Shown here: positions 35,801-45,332 of the stretch, piece by piece
Position numbering within the stretch: position 1 is the first letter of the stretch
Layout: each line of letters begins with the position of its first letter
Virus record (IMG/VR): IMGVR_UViG_3300021471_000007
Span: 1 to 64,000 of that record
DNA from: a virus
DNA: 64,000 nt
Strand: one strand, 5' to 3'
Notes under the pieces: model-generated
Database searches by the model: none
What the model was told of the DNA's origin: nothing
Seen by the model: the letters and a program-made list of their open reading frames with translations, nothing else
Translations under genes and position numbers: made by a program

Positions 35801-37726
35801 AGTCATATTTGTATCCAAACCAACCGTTTCTCCGCTAGCATTAACATATACAGTAAAATTCGCCACTGTACCATTGCCTAAAGTACTATCAGAATGTGTT
35901 CCATTTATTAATAATATTGTTTGCGTCTGCGCCGTGCTTATCGTAGTAATCCAACTATCTGTAGAACTCCATAAATCTTCAGAGTCATTTGCATAAAACT
36001 TCCAAGTATACGTTCCAGCACCCAATATTATATCGTAATAGGATGTATTTTCATCTCTTGTAGTTGTATAATTATGCGGTGTTCCTGTATAATTTATTTC
36101 TATATAACTAAAATTATAACCATTGGAATCTTTGTCATCACTCCACGTTACATTAAATTGTGAATGTATTAAAGGAGAATATGATGATGGACTATATGAG
36201 TTATTTGCTGACCATTGTGGTGATATTTTTGATACAGTTTCTGAACCAATTGAATATGTGGGTTCTGGATCTGCTAATAAATATAATGTAAAATTATCGC
36301 CTGAAACATTACACGCAGTCGATGGACTGCTTAATGAAAACAAAAAACCAACCGTATCACTATTAGGAAAAGTTGCTGCATGATTCTGATTTTCAACTAC
36401 ACTAAAAACCGGATCATCCCAAGTAAAATTTTCACAGGTATTATTCATTTTTATGATTAAATGATGCCAATCTTGATCTTGTGCCCAAGAGTTGTCTCCA
36501 GTTTTCCAACCATTCAAATTCCATTTCCATCCGTATGAAGCCCATGATTGGTGTTCGATTCTCCAAGCTATAGTAGAATCATTGGAACCAAACATCGCTG
36601 AATGTGAGTCACCGGAATGTGTTCCGTCTTGCATATAATCAAGTTCCATGACAATATACACTCCACTAGAAAAATTAAAATGTTTTTTTGAAACTAAGTC
36701 CGTTCCTTTATTCTCAGGAAAAGTGACAATTCCATCACCCACATCGGGTAAATCGCCTCCAGTAAAACGTGGAGACCATATTGATGTATTAATTGCATTA
36801 CCATCAAATGCATCATAGATGTTATATCTAATATCATTCCAACTTGAATTAGCAAAATTAGCATTAGTGTTGCCATAATAAACATTATAGTCCGATGTTG
36901 ATGATGCATTTACATCAATCTTAAAAGTCAATTCCACATGTGTTGAATTGCAATTTCTTAAACCAAAATCAATTTCATTGTCTGTGGTATTTATAACTCT
37001 TATGTCTGAACAATCGGCCTTTGCGTTTCCACTATGATTAAACCAAACAACAATGGGATAATTTATCAAATCATTCCCAGAATTTTCTGTTATTGTTATT
37101 GTTTTTCTATAATTCCAATTTGAATTCCACCACGTAGGATCAAACAATCTAACATTAAACACTTCATAATCAGATTTAATATCATACTGTGCTTTTACAA
37201 TTCCTGTTTTATAAACCCATGCCCAACGATAGTCTGGGTTTAAGCTAACTTTCATATTCTTGCCAAATTCTAATAGTGTTTCTCCGTGTAACTTATAAGT
37301 AGGGCCATCATATGTCAAGTCTCTTACTTCATATCTATAAAATTTACCAGAAGCATTAAATATTTCAACTTGGTGTGATATTGGAAACAATTCCTTGTTT
37401 TTTATATCACCTCTAAAATAATAAGTATCTTTGATTACAGGCCCTCTTATATATTTAGTATATCGAGTGATATAGACATCATTACCACTAATATTAGTAT
37501 CAATATGAATAGACGACAAATCACGATTCATTTGTTTAGAACCGTCAAACAGCTTATTGTATTCACGACCAGACACTGTCCAAATCCAACTATATTTTTC
37601 ACTAGGCACATAAAACGTTGTTTTATCTCTGTCAACTCTTATACGCACCTGGTTACTAAAAGTAACATAAACACTAGTAAGTGTTATTAATACTATTAAA
37701 AAACCAACAATCTGTTTTTTGTTCAT
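32816..37726 (-). CDS. 1636-aa membrane-anchored adhesin-like protein (DUF2341, DNRLRE/CBM96-like domains)
   Basis: N-terminal TM; WWNSNWNYRK.ITI, DCSDIRV, YYGN; DAYV...PDSNYG...YMKFNLS...W.E..ITWN; many NxS/T sequons. Confidence 0.8.
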   Translation of the reverse strand: MNKKQIVGFLIVLITLTSVYVTFSNQVRIRVDRDKTTFYVPSEKYSWIWTVSGREYNKLFDGSKQMNRDLSSIHIDTNISGNDVYITRYTKYIRGPVIKDTYYFRGDIKNKELFPISHQVEIFNASGKFYRYEVRDLTYDGPTYKLHGETLLEFGKNMKVSLNPDYRWAWVYKTGIVKAQYDIKSDYEVFNVRLFDPTWWNSNWNYRKTITITENSGNDLINYPIVVWFNHSGNAKADCSDIRVINTTDNEIDFGLRNCNSTHVELTFKIDVNASSTSDYNVYYGNTNANFANSSWNDIRYNIYDAFDGNAINTSIWSPRFTGGDLPDVGDGIVTFPENKGTDLVSKKHFNFSSGVYIVMELDYMQDGTHSGDSHSAMFGSNDSTIAWRIEHQSWASYGWKWNLNGWKTGDNSWAQDQDWHHLIIKMNNTCENFTWDDPVFSVVENQNHAATFPNSDTVGFLFSLSSPSTACNVSGDNFTLYLLADPEPTYSIGSETVSKISPQWSANNSYSPSSYSPLIHSQFNVTWSDDKDSNGYNFSYIEINYTGTPHNYTTTRDENTSYYDIILGAGTYTWKFYANDSEDLWSSTDSWITTISTAQTQTILLINGTHSDSTLGNGTVANFTVYVNASGETVGLDTNMTGWTIQTGTTPLYNYTLLSEFGKFNITGFYEGNDNYTSSSDTLYLDVLKSSHINLYLNGLNADRYYDQGSVVTLKANFSSDIDKEMYLSIYAPGFGVDYINSSSVNITWLDWDDTEDSYACEGTFSTGTYDCSHAVDEDWVSAAATTGSYIGNSHVYENYTIPSNVRSAQIYFKAEQADDLGAHSVLRLYNYTSNDWQVVYNSSDEGGTSGMIYRQVNITSDNATDFLSDGILQIDDMLVDESGSYLTNWYETKVRFGILNFEYNFTTFAAKQEFSDGSTAKNVTFDEFYGYDIQLNSDSILDDAYVVQSYPDSNYGTDDHISVGTYVSDLVYGYMKFNLSDVFDKQILNARLFVYVYDTTYESGEQINISVYQVNDQTWSENDITWNERPSYSQFITKNSTYYGDNATPYWMSFDITDWLELERNNEHNASLFFSGAQSGSDLIQFYSKEYGSFMPYIKIVYTNSSINKTVNVTFNKYDYVTSGNISLTGYNTNGLPKNVKLYIDNVLDTNIVGELKEGNVTLSTFNDGTKTKDFVYDSPKTITGYFELPKTAIVNNATVNVTGKQSVSALEGCTAITNGWSFYTDACDSDYSTSAMLGSNHAGYIIQNYTIGADATNIEYIKWYGRIIVFVGGTRGAYIYNFTDDTWDLFDNSLPSIPTYYSNVTVAGSNMTDYYQDDMIRIKIYGDLGDMDQINYYEGWLNVKMYPHASYIDVSGDGDVEWIENGDFNITNTTDDFGSELSDYLSTCTPDSFGYCLIPINLKSDGGTLTIDNIEINYTQQYNPITLNTTAISYYLNNSNDETVNVPFIISSDSNGTVEMSDLAIYYKGSDNITVTANFYGDSEYAPSSDTHSIMNVYSDVNLNTLYPYMEFFPSFLNDTNITPYGQSDTIPFWNITTMSYDKTANMSIYLNSNLPSCINMSVSTTSSKDDAVILNTTKYPILNNIETLPVTTWYGLWFWVDLYNCNATELHSLVTANVTYDLCCADCINCWS

Positions 37727-38202
37727 TACTTATCCACCCCTATAACAAACACACCAGTAAATCCAATCTTCCTATAAGGTGTAACTGACTCATCTTCTTT
37801 TATCGCACCGACTTTTTCTGAGAATTTCATTTTATTTATATTAACTGTATATTTTTGCTGTTGGTTATCAGCAGATTTACCCCATACAACAGTGCACGTT
37901 CCACCAGAGTTTGCAATATTAAGTAAGTTGTTTTTCTTTTCTAATGCCGATATACTAGCTTCATCTGTAAGAACACCATTAACAGTTATTGCCTGTTTAA
38001 CCTGAAGCAAATCGATTAACAATCTTTGAGGATCAGTTGATCCACGTTGATCCTGTGGAACAGGTAAAGGTATATCTATTAAATCTTTAGCATAATCAAA
38101 ATCAACACTAAACGTACTTATCTTAACAGTAGTACCGCCTGTTATTGTATCGCCAGATACCGTTCCAGTTGTTACAAAAAAATCTTCAGTAACATCAACC
38201 AT
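37726..38202 (-). CDS. Distal tail protein-like
   Basis: 158-aa beta-rich ORF immediately after the tape measure gene. Confidence 0.6.
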   Translation of the reverse strand: MVDVTEDFFVTTGTVSGDTITGGTTVKISTFSVDFDYAKDLIDIPLPVPQDQRGSTDPQRLLIDLLQVKQAITVNGVLTDEASISALEKKNNLLNIANSGGTCTVVWGKSADNQQQKYTVNINKMKFSEKVGAIKEDESVTPYRKIGFTGVFVIGVDK

Positions 38203-38206
38203 ATAA

Positions 38207-40393
38207 TCACCTTCTTATCATTTCCTCAATATCCTCAATCCATTCTTTGCTTAATTTGTCTTTTACGACATCAATATCAAGTTCACTTGCTGCGTTAATA
38301 GTAATATCAACATTAGGATTAAAATTTATTATTTGTTGTGAACCGAGTGAAGTTTTCTTTAATGGAATCACAGCTTCTGGACCTGCTTCTCCAATTCGCG
38401 TAACAAGTGGCTTTGTTACAATTCCACCCATTTGCATTTCAGGTATTATACCAGAAAATCCTTGTCCATTTATTGTATACTCACCATATGTTTTGCCACC
38501 CTCTGTGCCCATAACTTTTGTGACTTTAACACCAGAATATCTAGCATGTCCGGTAGAATGTTTTTCTATGATTTCGTGTATAGTAGATTTATATGGTGGA
38601 ATTGCATCTATTTTGTCTATTAATTCCGATGCTTTTATCGAACTTTTATCAAAATTGGTTGCAGTCATATCTAATCCAACATTTGTCTCTTTGAGTGATG
38701 TGTTTGTAAATGAATCCATTGTTTTTGTTAAATTAGATGTCATGTTTTTTGATTTATCTATTGCCCCAGTAAAATTGTCAGTGACTCCAGTAAGTTCGTC
38801 TGTTGCGTTTGTAGTATCGTTAAGACTTGGCATAAAGTTTCCGGTTAAGTTGCCAGTTAAATCCGATATGGTTCCACCAACAGATTTGAGAGCAGGATCT
38901 AAAAACCCAGTACCTTTTATTAAGCCCTTGTCAATCTTATCCCCGGTTTCTATTGTATCATTGCCCAATTGTTTCAAAGTTGGTGCAACGTTGTCCATGG
39001 TCTTCCTCCAAGCTGCCACCGATTTTCCAGTAGACACAAGCTGATCATGTAAACTCTCCGATAATGCTGTTTTGCTTTTGTTTAATTCTCTTTCTAATTC
39101 CTTTGTACTTGATTTATATTTAGATAAATCTAGTTTTGGAAATGGTGGTAGTTTTTTGCCAAGGAATCCTGCAACAGTTCTTACTGAATTCCAAAGAGCC
39201 CTTAATGGTCCGGTAAGTATATTGTTAACAAAAAATTCTATACCAGACAAAATAGCATTACCTGCTTTTGTAGATGCTATAACCATTGATAACCATGAAA
39301 CTTTCCATATAAGACCAGCTTTCGTTATAGCAAATGCTATCATATCTTTTAGTGCTATGATACCAGCACCAATTACAGTTAAAACCGGTTTTATGTATTT
39401 ATCAAATACATCTGCAAACCACAATACAAAATGTCCAGTGTGTTGTCTTATATGCCCCCAATTGTTTTTCCATGCAGCATTTAATATTGCTATAGCAGCT
39501 ATAATTGCAACAATAGCTAATATTATTGGCATCATACTAACAGAACCTGCAGCACCAGCAGATGACATAGATGCTTTGAAACCGTTTAAAGTTTTTCCAA
39601 TTTTAGAAAATCCTTTTTTGAATGCTCCAACTAATCCACCCATTTTTTTCAACTTTGCAAATGCTGCAAATGTGATAGATAATCCATCTATAGCTAGGCC
39701 AAGCTGTCCTACTGCAAACAATGCCATACCCATAACAAGTCCTAGAAGTACGAATATACCTATGGCCATCTTTGTACCATGGCTTAATTTATTAACTATT
39801 CCCAATAACCAAAGCATCGCTCTTAATATTAAGAGTGCAACTGGAAGAAACATAATTGTTAAAATTGTACTCCATATCTTAAATACACCGGTGACTTTCA
39901 TTGCCGGTTGCAATAGCCCACCAAATGTTTTCTGCATTTGCATACCAAGAAACATCACAGACAAAAGCTCCATCCTAAATGGTTTCATTCCACGTGCCAT
40001 TTTTCTCTGCGCTTGTGCATTAGACAATGTTCTACCAGTACTAATGTCTATAAGTTTATTGTTTTTTCCCATTGCTATGCCTACATTACGCATCATTCGT
40101 GGTAAATATCCTAACCCTTCTGTAAATCTACCATTTTTATCTGTTCCAAAATCAATAGACTTAGCAAAATTCTTTAAAGTACCGATTTGTTTGTTTGTCC
40201 CTTTATATAATGGTCCTAAGTATTTCTGCATATCCTCGGTCGACATACCAAACGTTTTCATCGATTTGCTGATTTTTTCAGTTCTTGTGTTTAGTGTCGA
40301 TGCTGCTTTCTCTATACCTTTCATATCGTATTCTATCTTTTTGGCATCGTTTTGTTCTTCTCTTATATTAAAGTTAATATTAACATCTGGCAT
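38207..40393 (-). CDS. Tail tape measure protein
   Basis: Long helical Ala/Gly-rich protein with hydrophobic segments; AAWKNNW; C-terminal GGIV...IGEAGPEAVIPL. Confidence 0.88.
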   Translation of the reverse strand: MPDVNINFNIREEQNDAKKIEYDMKGIEKAASTLNTRTEKISKSMKTFGMSTEDMQKYLGPLYKGTNKQIGTLKNFAKSIDFGTDKNGRFTEGLGYLPRMMRNVGIAMGKNNKLIDISTGRTLSNAQAQRKMARGMKPFRMELLSVMFLGMQMQKTFGGLLQPAMKVTGVFKIWSTILTIMFLPVALLILRAMLWLLGIVNKLSHGTKMAIGIFVLLGLVMGMALFAVGQLGLAIDGLSITFAAFAKLKKMGGLVGAFKKGFSKIGKTLNGFKASMSSAGAAGSVSMMPIILAIVAIIAAIAILNAAWKNNWGHIRQHTGHFVLWFADVFDKYIKPVLTVIGAGIIALKDMIAFAITKAGLIWKVSWLSMVIASTKAGNAILSGIEFFVNNILTGPLRALWNSVRTVAGFLGKKLPPFPKLDLSKYKSSTKELERELNKSKTALSESLHDQLVSTGKSVAAWRKTMDNVAPTLKQLGNDTIETGDKIDKGLIKGTGFLDPALKSVGGTISDLTGNLTGNFMPSLNDTTNATDELTGVTDNFTGAIDKSKNMTSNLTKTMDSFTNTSLKETNVGLDMTATNFDKSSIKASELIDKIDAIPPYKSTIHEIIEKHSTGHARYSGVKVTKVMGTEGGKTYGEYTINGQGFSGIIPEMQMGGIVTKPLVTRIGEAGPEAVIPLKKTSLGSQQIINFNPNVDITINAASELDIDVVKDKLSKEWIEDIEEMIRR

Positions 40394-40396
40394 CTA

Positions 40397-40640
40397 TTAT
40401 CCCCTAAACGTACTTTTGCGCATACTTCTATTTTGTTGTTTATTTACTTCCTTATAATATTTATCAATTTGTTTTATCTGCTCAATAAATCTAACTGCTG
40501 GATAATGCGGATGTATCTTGCATCCAAGCTCTTTCTCTATCAAAAAACAGTATTCTGCATATGTTTCATCAATGCTCTTTGGCAAAACACTGTTTACGAG
40601 ACCGGATTTAATTAATGCTGCACTTAACCCCTTTTTTTCA
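40397..40640 (-). CDS. Tail assembly chaperone C-terminal extension (-1 frame)
   Basis: The -1 frame is open from the A7G4 run at the end of 40624-40956 to 40397; no RBS before TTG 40585. Confidence 0.5.
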
Positions 40641-40956
40641 TTTCGTTTACTTTCTTAGTATTGTTTATAGTATTCACAGTTTTATCCTGCAATCCAAGAG
40701 CATCCGAAAACTTTATCATAAATTCCACCAAATTATGCACTAAAAACGCTTCTATTGCCTTTGGATCCTCATCTGGATATGATCTCTTTAATATATCTTT
40801 GAACACACTAATTATTGTCTCCAGAGACTTTTTCTTATCCTGTTCGTCTTGAGCAGCTGTTAATGTAACAAGATCTTGAAGTTCTATTATTAAACTTAGA
40901 TCTTCACCATTAACATTCATTTTACACTCTGATATATACTTTGCAAATTTTCCCAT
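40624..40956 (-). CDS. Tail assembly chaperone
   Basis: Between the tail tube and tape measure genes; ends ATG AAA AAA AGG GGT TAA. Confidence 0.7.
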   Translation of the reverse strand: MGKFAKYISECKMNVNGEDLSLIIELQDLVTLTAAQDEQDKKKSLETIISVFKDILKRSYPDEDPKAIEAFLVHNLVEFMIKFSDALGLQDKTVNTINNTKKVNEMKKRG

Positions 40957-40968
40957 CTTACATCACCT

Positions 40969-41271
40969 CTATTCAACTTTACCAGCAAATGTGGTAACTT
41001 TCTTTTTATTTTTATTGTTTTCGAGTTTCGATATTCTGTCTTCTAACTCGTCTACTTTGTTCATTAAATAAATTTTTAGTAGTTTTTCGGATTCAATCAA
41101 ATGATCCATTCCAGCTTCCATTACCTTCCAAACCTGATTATCGAAATGTAATTTTGCATAACTAATGTATTTGTTTATAAGTTCTCTTTTATCAGTCGGA
41201 ACGTATACACGGAAGACCAAATGATCCGGTATCTCCTTTCTTTCCTCACCTACTACAACTTTCTTTTCCAT
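40969..41271 (-). CDS. Hypothetical protein
   Basis: AGGTGA RBS; coiled C-terminus. Confidence 0.7.
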   Translation of the reverse strand: MEKKVVVGEERKEIPDHLVFRVYVPTDKRELINKYISYAKLHFDNQVWKVMEAGMDHLIESEKLLKIYLMNKVDELEDRISKLENNKNKKKVTTFAGKVE

Positions 41272-41283
41272 TCAATCACCTAT

Positions 41284-41811
41284 TTATATGTTATCTTCTG
41301 CATAGAAATCTTTTACAAGACAACCAGCACTTATAGTAAGTTCTGCTGTTCCATCAGCAGCTAAACTTATTTCACCAGTTGTTGTAAAGTATGCATGATT
41401 CATTAATATGTTTATCTGTTTTGTACCGTCGGTCAGTTTTATTAATATTGCTTTATCTTTTCTGTCACCGGTTGAATCAACAAAGGACCACCTATAATAT
41501 GATCCGCTTGGATTTGATTCGGTTTGTGTCGACAATCCAAAGTATTCCAAATCCGAAATGTCCTGGAACACCAATGTGAGATCGCATGTTCTCAATTCGG
41601 GTCTCTTTTCTTCTTTATATTGTGTATTGAATACATTTAGAACATCTGCACCAGCCGCTCCTCCGCCAAAGGTGACCTCTTTTAATTTTGCACTTACACT
41701 CGAACCAGACGCATTATTTGCAAAATCTGTAGCTAGGTCTTGTGTTGTTGATACACCTGTCCATGCATCACCAATGCTAACCGTGGCTTGTGTTGCATAC
41801 CATAAAGTCAT
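41284..41811 (-). CDS. Major tail tube protein, copy 2
   Basis: Paralog of 41826-42344; position upstream of chaperone and tape measure genes. Confidence 0.7.
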   Translation of the reverse strand: MTLWYATQATVSIGDAWTGVSTTQDLATDFANNASGSSVSAKLKEVTFGGGAAGADVLNVFNTQYKEEKRPELRTCDLTLVFQDISDLEYFGLSTQTESNPSGSYYRWSFVDSTGDRKDKAILIKLTDGTKQINILMNHAYFTTTGEISLAADGTAELTISAGCLVKDFYAEDNI

Positions 41812-41825
41812 TATTAGTCACCTCC

Positions 41826-42344
41826 TTATATGTCGTCTTCTGCATAGAAGTCCTTTACTAAACAAACAGCACTCATTGTTAATTCAGCTGTACCGTCTGC
41901 GGCAAGTGATATTTCACCCGTGGTAGTAAAGTAAGCATTGTTCATTAAAACATTAACCGTATTTGTACCGTTTGTTAATGTAAATAATATGCTTTTATTT
42001 TCCCTGTTTCCTGTCTTATCAGAACCGTTTACTCTGTAGTAAGATCCTGTAACATATGTAGCAGTTCCAAAAATCCATTCTAAGGCATCTATATCAGAAG
42101 CTACCAATGTAAAATCAACTGTTCTGAGCTCTGGTCTTTTTTCTTCCTTTAGCTGTGTACTAAAAACATTCAAAACATCAACACCTGCAGCTCCACCACC
42201 GAATGTAACTTCCTTCAAGTCTGCACTAAAGTCTGCACCATTAGCATTTGCATCAAAGTCTGATTTTAAATCTGTGGTTGTTGAAACAGAACTCATTGCA
42301 TCCCCTATGCTAACAGTTCCCTGAGTTGCGTACCATAAAGTCAT
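41826..42344 (-). CDS. Major tail tube protein, copy 1
   Basis: MTLWYATQ...LKEVTFGGGAAG...AYFTTTGEISLAADGTAELT...CLVKDFYAED shared with copy 2. Confidence 0.7.
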   Translation of the reverse strand: MTLWYATQGTVSIGDAMSSVSTTTDLKSDFDANANGADFSADLKEVTFGGGAAGVDVLNVFSTQLKEEKRPELRTVDFTLVASDIDALEWIFGTATYVTGSYYRVNGSDKTGNRENKSILFTLTNGTNTVNVLMNNAYFTTTGEISLAADGTAELTMSAVCLVKDFYAEDDI

Positions 42345-42348
42345 TTAC

Positions 42349-42555
42349 TTACACCTCTTTTGTATTTTTTTTAAAATCTTTTTTATTTTCAAATATGATT
42401 GGTTTATCTATCTTCTTCTCTTCCTCTACTATTTCAAACTTGCTATGTAAAACAGCACCCTTCTTTATTTCTACTTCTTGCGTCTCGTGTGGTTGTATAA
42501 CAACACCGTTTATCGTTCTTGTTCTATGATCATTGTTTTTTATTTTTACTTTCAT
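42349..42555 (-). CDS. Small hypothetical structural-region protein
   Basis: GAGGTGA RBS. Confidence 0.65.
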   Translation of the reverse strand: MKVKIKNNDHRTRTINGVVIQPHETQEVEIKKGAVLHSKFEIVEEEKKIDKPIIFENKKDFKKNTKEV

Positions 42556-42559
42556 TGAA

Positions 42560-43009
42560 TCACCTCAATTTCAATCTTGATAAGAGCCTCCTTATTGCTT
42601 TTTTATGAATACGTTGTAATCGTAAATACATCGGACTCACACCCAATACTTGGTCTACTGCGGGTTTTATATATGGTGTGTGTTTTGAAACATAAACAAA
42701 ACCTCTTGCTCCATTTTCAATATAACTTCTCGGAACAACATGCGGCCTGAATCCTACCTCCTGATACAGTGCATATGGTGCATTTGGACCACCGGCTTTA
42801 ATAATAGCACCAGTATCTGTTTTCTTTGCTGATATTGTATCCGCCAACTTTCCTGTGTGTTTAGGAGCTAAAATTCTTGCACGCTCAGCAACACGTTTTG
42901 CTTCTTCATAAGTAGCAGACCGAATTGTACCTAGTCCTCGCTTAGACAGCATATTTATTCTATTTATGTTTTCCTTTAAACCGTCAAACTGAACCTCAAT
43001 ATAAACCAT
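42560..43009 (-). CDS. HK97 gp10-like tail completion protein
   Basis: APKHTGKLADTI, YALYQEVG, PYIKPA. Confidence 0.85.
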   Translation of the reverse strand: MVYIEVQFDGLKENINRINMLSKRGLGTIRSATYEEAKRVAERARILAPKHTGKLADTISAKKTDTGAIIKAGGPNAPYALYQEVGFRPHVVPRSYIENGARGFVYVSKHTPYIKPAVDQVLGVSPMYLRLQRIHKKAIRRLLSRLKLR

Positions 43010-43482
43010 TATACGCCACCATATGATAGTTCAATATCTATAGATTTTATCATAATTATTTTAGAACCTGCTCCGGTGGTTGTATCTGCATCATCTGCGG
43101 AAGCATGCATAAAAAACAAAGAATTGTCTGCCATTGTAGTAGAATCTGAATCAGCTGATGTTGCATCTCCCAGAACACTTATTATTTTGTCTGATATTAT
43201 TTCCTTGTCATGATTTTTGTCTGACCAGACTTCAATATGAACAACAACATCTGCACCGACATAATTATTGCCGAACACGTTCTTGTGTACATCTACATTC
43301 GAACTTATTATAACAAGCGGATAATCAACTACTCTACGTTTTGGCATGCCTTTGAGTATCCAATCGCTTGCAGAACGAGCAGGGTTTTGTGTATCTGTTA
43401 AATTATTCCTAAGAACATCTCTAACAAATTCACCTACCGAATCCTCAATAGTATCCAATGTAACTGTGACCGACATCACCAA
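43009..43482 (-). CDS. Tail terminator-like protein
   Basis: YPLVII, HIEVWS; head-tail joining position. Confidence 0.65.
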   Translation of the reverse strand: MVMSVTVTLDTIEDSVGEFVRDVLRNNLTDTQNPARSASDWILKGMPKRRVVDYPLVIISSNVDVHKNVFGNNYVGADVVVHIEVWSDKNHDKEIISDKIISVLGDATSADSDSTTMADNSLFFMHASADDADTTTGAGSKIIMIKSIDIELSYGGV

Positions 43483-43529
43483 TTAACTCCGTTGAGTTAT
43501 AAAAGTCCGTTGACTTTAATATTATTGTC

Positions 43530-43551
43530 ATTAAAAGGATATATATTATTA
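43530..43551 (-). promoter_or_regulatory. Candidate late promoter (21 of 22 bases identical to 48555-48576)
   Basis: Plus strand ATTAAAAGGATATATATTATTA versus ATTAAATGGATATATATTATTA. Confidence 0.6.
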
Positions 43552-43920
43552 TTGTATCCTTTCGCACCAACATTCATTCATTATAATTGTTCCATCAGAT
43601 GCATAATCTGGTAAGATTTTTTTAACTCTATACCAATCAGAATCTGTATTGATTTGAATTTCATCGTCAATATTAATTGTAGTTTCTGGTTTAAAATAAA
43701 CAACAATGTCTCCAACTTTTAGTTCTCCACCAGTATCTTGTATATTTTCTTCATCCATAAACTCTAATACACCGTATGCTGTTGTAGATGATATTGTTGG
43801 ATTATAATCATCGTGCGAATCCCATGCCTTTGTTATGTTTCGAATATTAAACTTGGTTTTAAACAAATCATATAACTTATCAAATGCATTTTTCATTGTT
43901 TCGTTTATGTTCTTTGACAT
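43549..43920 (-). CDS. Head closure (stopper) protein
   Basis: G.L..GD..VYF...I.IDDEI...WYRV; position after the adaptor. Confidence 0.7.
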   Translation of the reverse strand: MSKNINETMKNAFDKLYDLFKTKFNIRNITKAWDSHDDYNPTISSTTAYGVLEFMDEENIQDTGGELKVGDIVVYFKPETTINIDDEIQINTDSDWYRVKKILPDYASDGTIIMNECWCERIQ

Positions 43921-44231
43921 TATGCCACCTTCACTACTCTAGCAAGATGATCTATAGCATTGCCGTTTGTAAGTATATTTGTAAGCAAAAATAATCCCAA
44001 TGTAAACAATATACCTATTAGCCACTTATGATACCTTATCGCAATCGAATTCCTTGAAACGCGTTCATTTATTTTATAAGTATATAATATTTGTTTATCC
44101 AATTTTTCTCCAAGTTTTTCGATATTGTGATTTGCAGCAATTATAAGATCTTTATTTGTAAAGTTATTATTACCGTTTGTTTGTTTGAACTCGTCTACAA
44201 TTCTTTTTATATCTTTCGCATCCAAAGACAT
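43920..44231 (-). CDS. Coiled-coil + TM protein in the head-tail module
   Basis: WLIGILFTLGLFLL TM segment. Confidence 0.7.
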   Translation of the reverse strand: MSLDAKDIKRIVDEFKQTNGNNNFTNKDLIIAANHNIEKLGEKLDKQILYTYKINERVSRNSIAIRYHKWLIGILFTLGLFLLTNILTNGNAIDHLARVVKVA

Positions 44232-44233
44232 AA

Positions 44234-44884
44234 TTACCTCCTCATATTACTTCTGCCACCAATACGTGGCATTTTATCGGAAATAAGTTGTAAATACCGT
44301 TTATATTCGTTATAATGTATACTAAATGGTTTTGGTTGCATTGTTACTTCTAATGTTCTTAAACTTATTTTCTTAAAGTCGTCCGAATCCAATTTAGTAT
44401 ATGCCATCGACGCTGCCAAATGTGCACATGCCCATTTTACAAGATTATCTGGAGTAGACACATCAACAGGAACATATGCATAACTTGCCAATAATGATGT
44501 AGATCCAGTTTCTGGTGCAACCTCTAAAACAACCTTTCCGGTATTATAATCTATTGTTGTTATATTATGTGCATAGATTGTTTCATCACTTTTCCATTCT
44601 TCTATCTTTACATCATCAGTAGTAATATCACCAGAGTTTGTACTATCGCCAACATACCATCCTTCTTGTGGTTTTCTTAAATAGAATGTTTTATTTGAAC
44701 CATCAATCGTGTTTTGATGGTGTTCATCTATATATGTCATGTTTTCCCTATAAATATATGAGTTTATTGCTCTATTCAATATGGTCTGTGCTGCATTTAT
44801 TATTTGTAACAATACAGAATCTGTCATATCGTCTGTTGATATGTTTGCCAAGTCTCTTACATCTTTTGGTGTACAGTACGTCAT
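44234..44884 (-). CDS. Head-tail adaptor
   Basis: MTYCTPKDVR...I.AA...N; P..VKWACAHLAAS. Confidence 0.8.
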   Translation of the reverse strand: MTYCTPKDVRDLANISTDDMTDSVLLQIINAAQTILNRAINSYIYRENMTYIDEHHQNTIDGSNKTFYLRKPQEGWYVGDSTNSGDITTDDVKIEEWKSDETIYAHNITTIDYNTGKVVLEVAPETGSTSLLASYAYVPVDVSTPDNLVKWACAHLAASMAYTKLDSDDFKKISLRTLEVTMQPKPFSIHYNEYKRYLQLISDKMPRIGGRSNMRR

Positions 44885-45324
44885 ATAAATTCTATCCCCC
44901 TTTCTTTAACATCTTCCATTGTACCAAATATATATATTTTTCCATTAAGACCAAGTTTATATTTATCATTACCTGTCAATCTTGGTTTATATTTACTTAT
45001 ATCTACCTTCTTTACTGGTAGAAATCTTGTTATCAAAGACAACATTCTATGCGCTCCGATCATTTTAGCTTTGACTAATGGATGCAAGCGATCTTTATTG
45101 TTTTCCCTAATAAATGGCTCAAATGATACCAAATCCTCTATAACTTGATCCATTACTTCTTCTGAATTACAATATTCGAAAAAACGGATTTCTCTTAATG
45201 TACCAGCACCATAATGTTCTTTTCCATCTTTGTCAACATATCTGTATTTCTTATTCGCAAGCCAATCTACAAAACGCTGCATACTTCCACGTGCATCATC
45301 CTGCTTCATAAATAATAAATGCAC
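44881..45324 (-). CDS. Hypothetical protein
   Basis: AGGTGA RBS, GTG start. Confidence 0.7.
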   Translation of the reverse strand: MHLLFMKQDDARGSMQRFVDWLANKKYRYVDKDGKEHYGAGTLREIRFFEYCNSEEVMDQVIEDLVSFEPFIRENNKDRLHPLVKAKMIGAHRMLSLITRFLPVKKVDISKYKPRLTGNDKYKLGLNGKIYIFGTMEDVKERGIEFI

Positions 45325-45332
45325 AATATCAC

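Noticed and set aside
38247-40457. Long plus-strand ORFs of 265 and 461 aa
   Set aside because: Antisense shadows of the tape measure gene; the same applies to most short opposite-strand ORFs in the track
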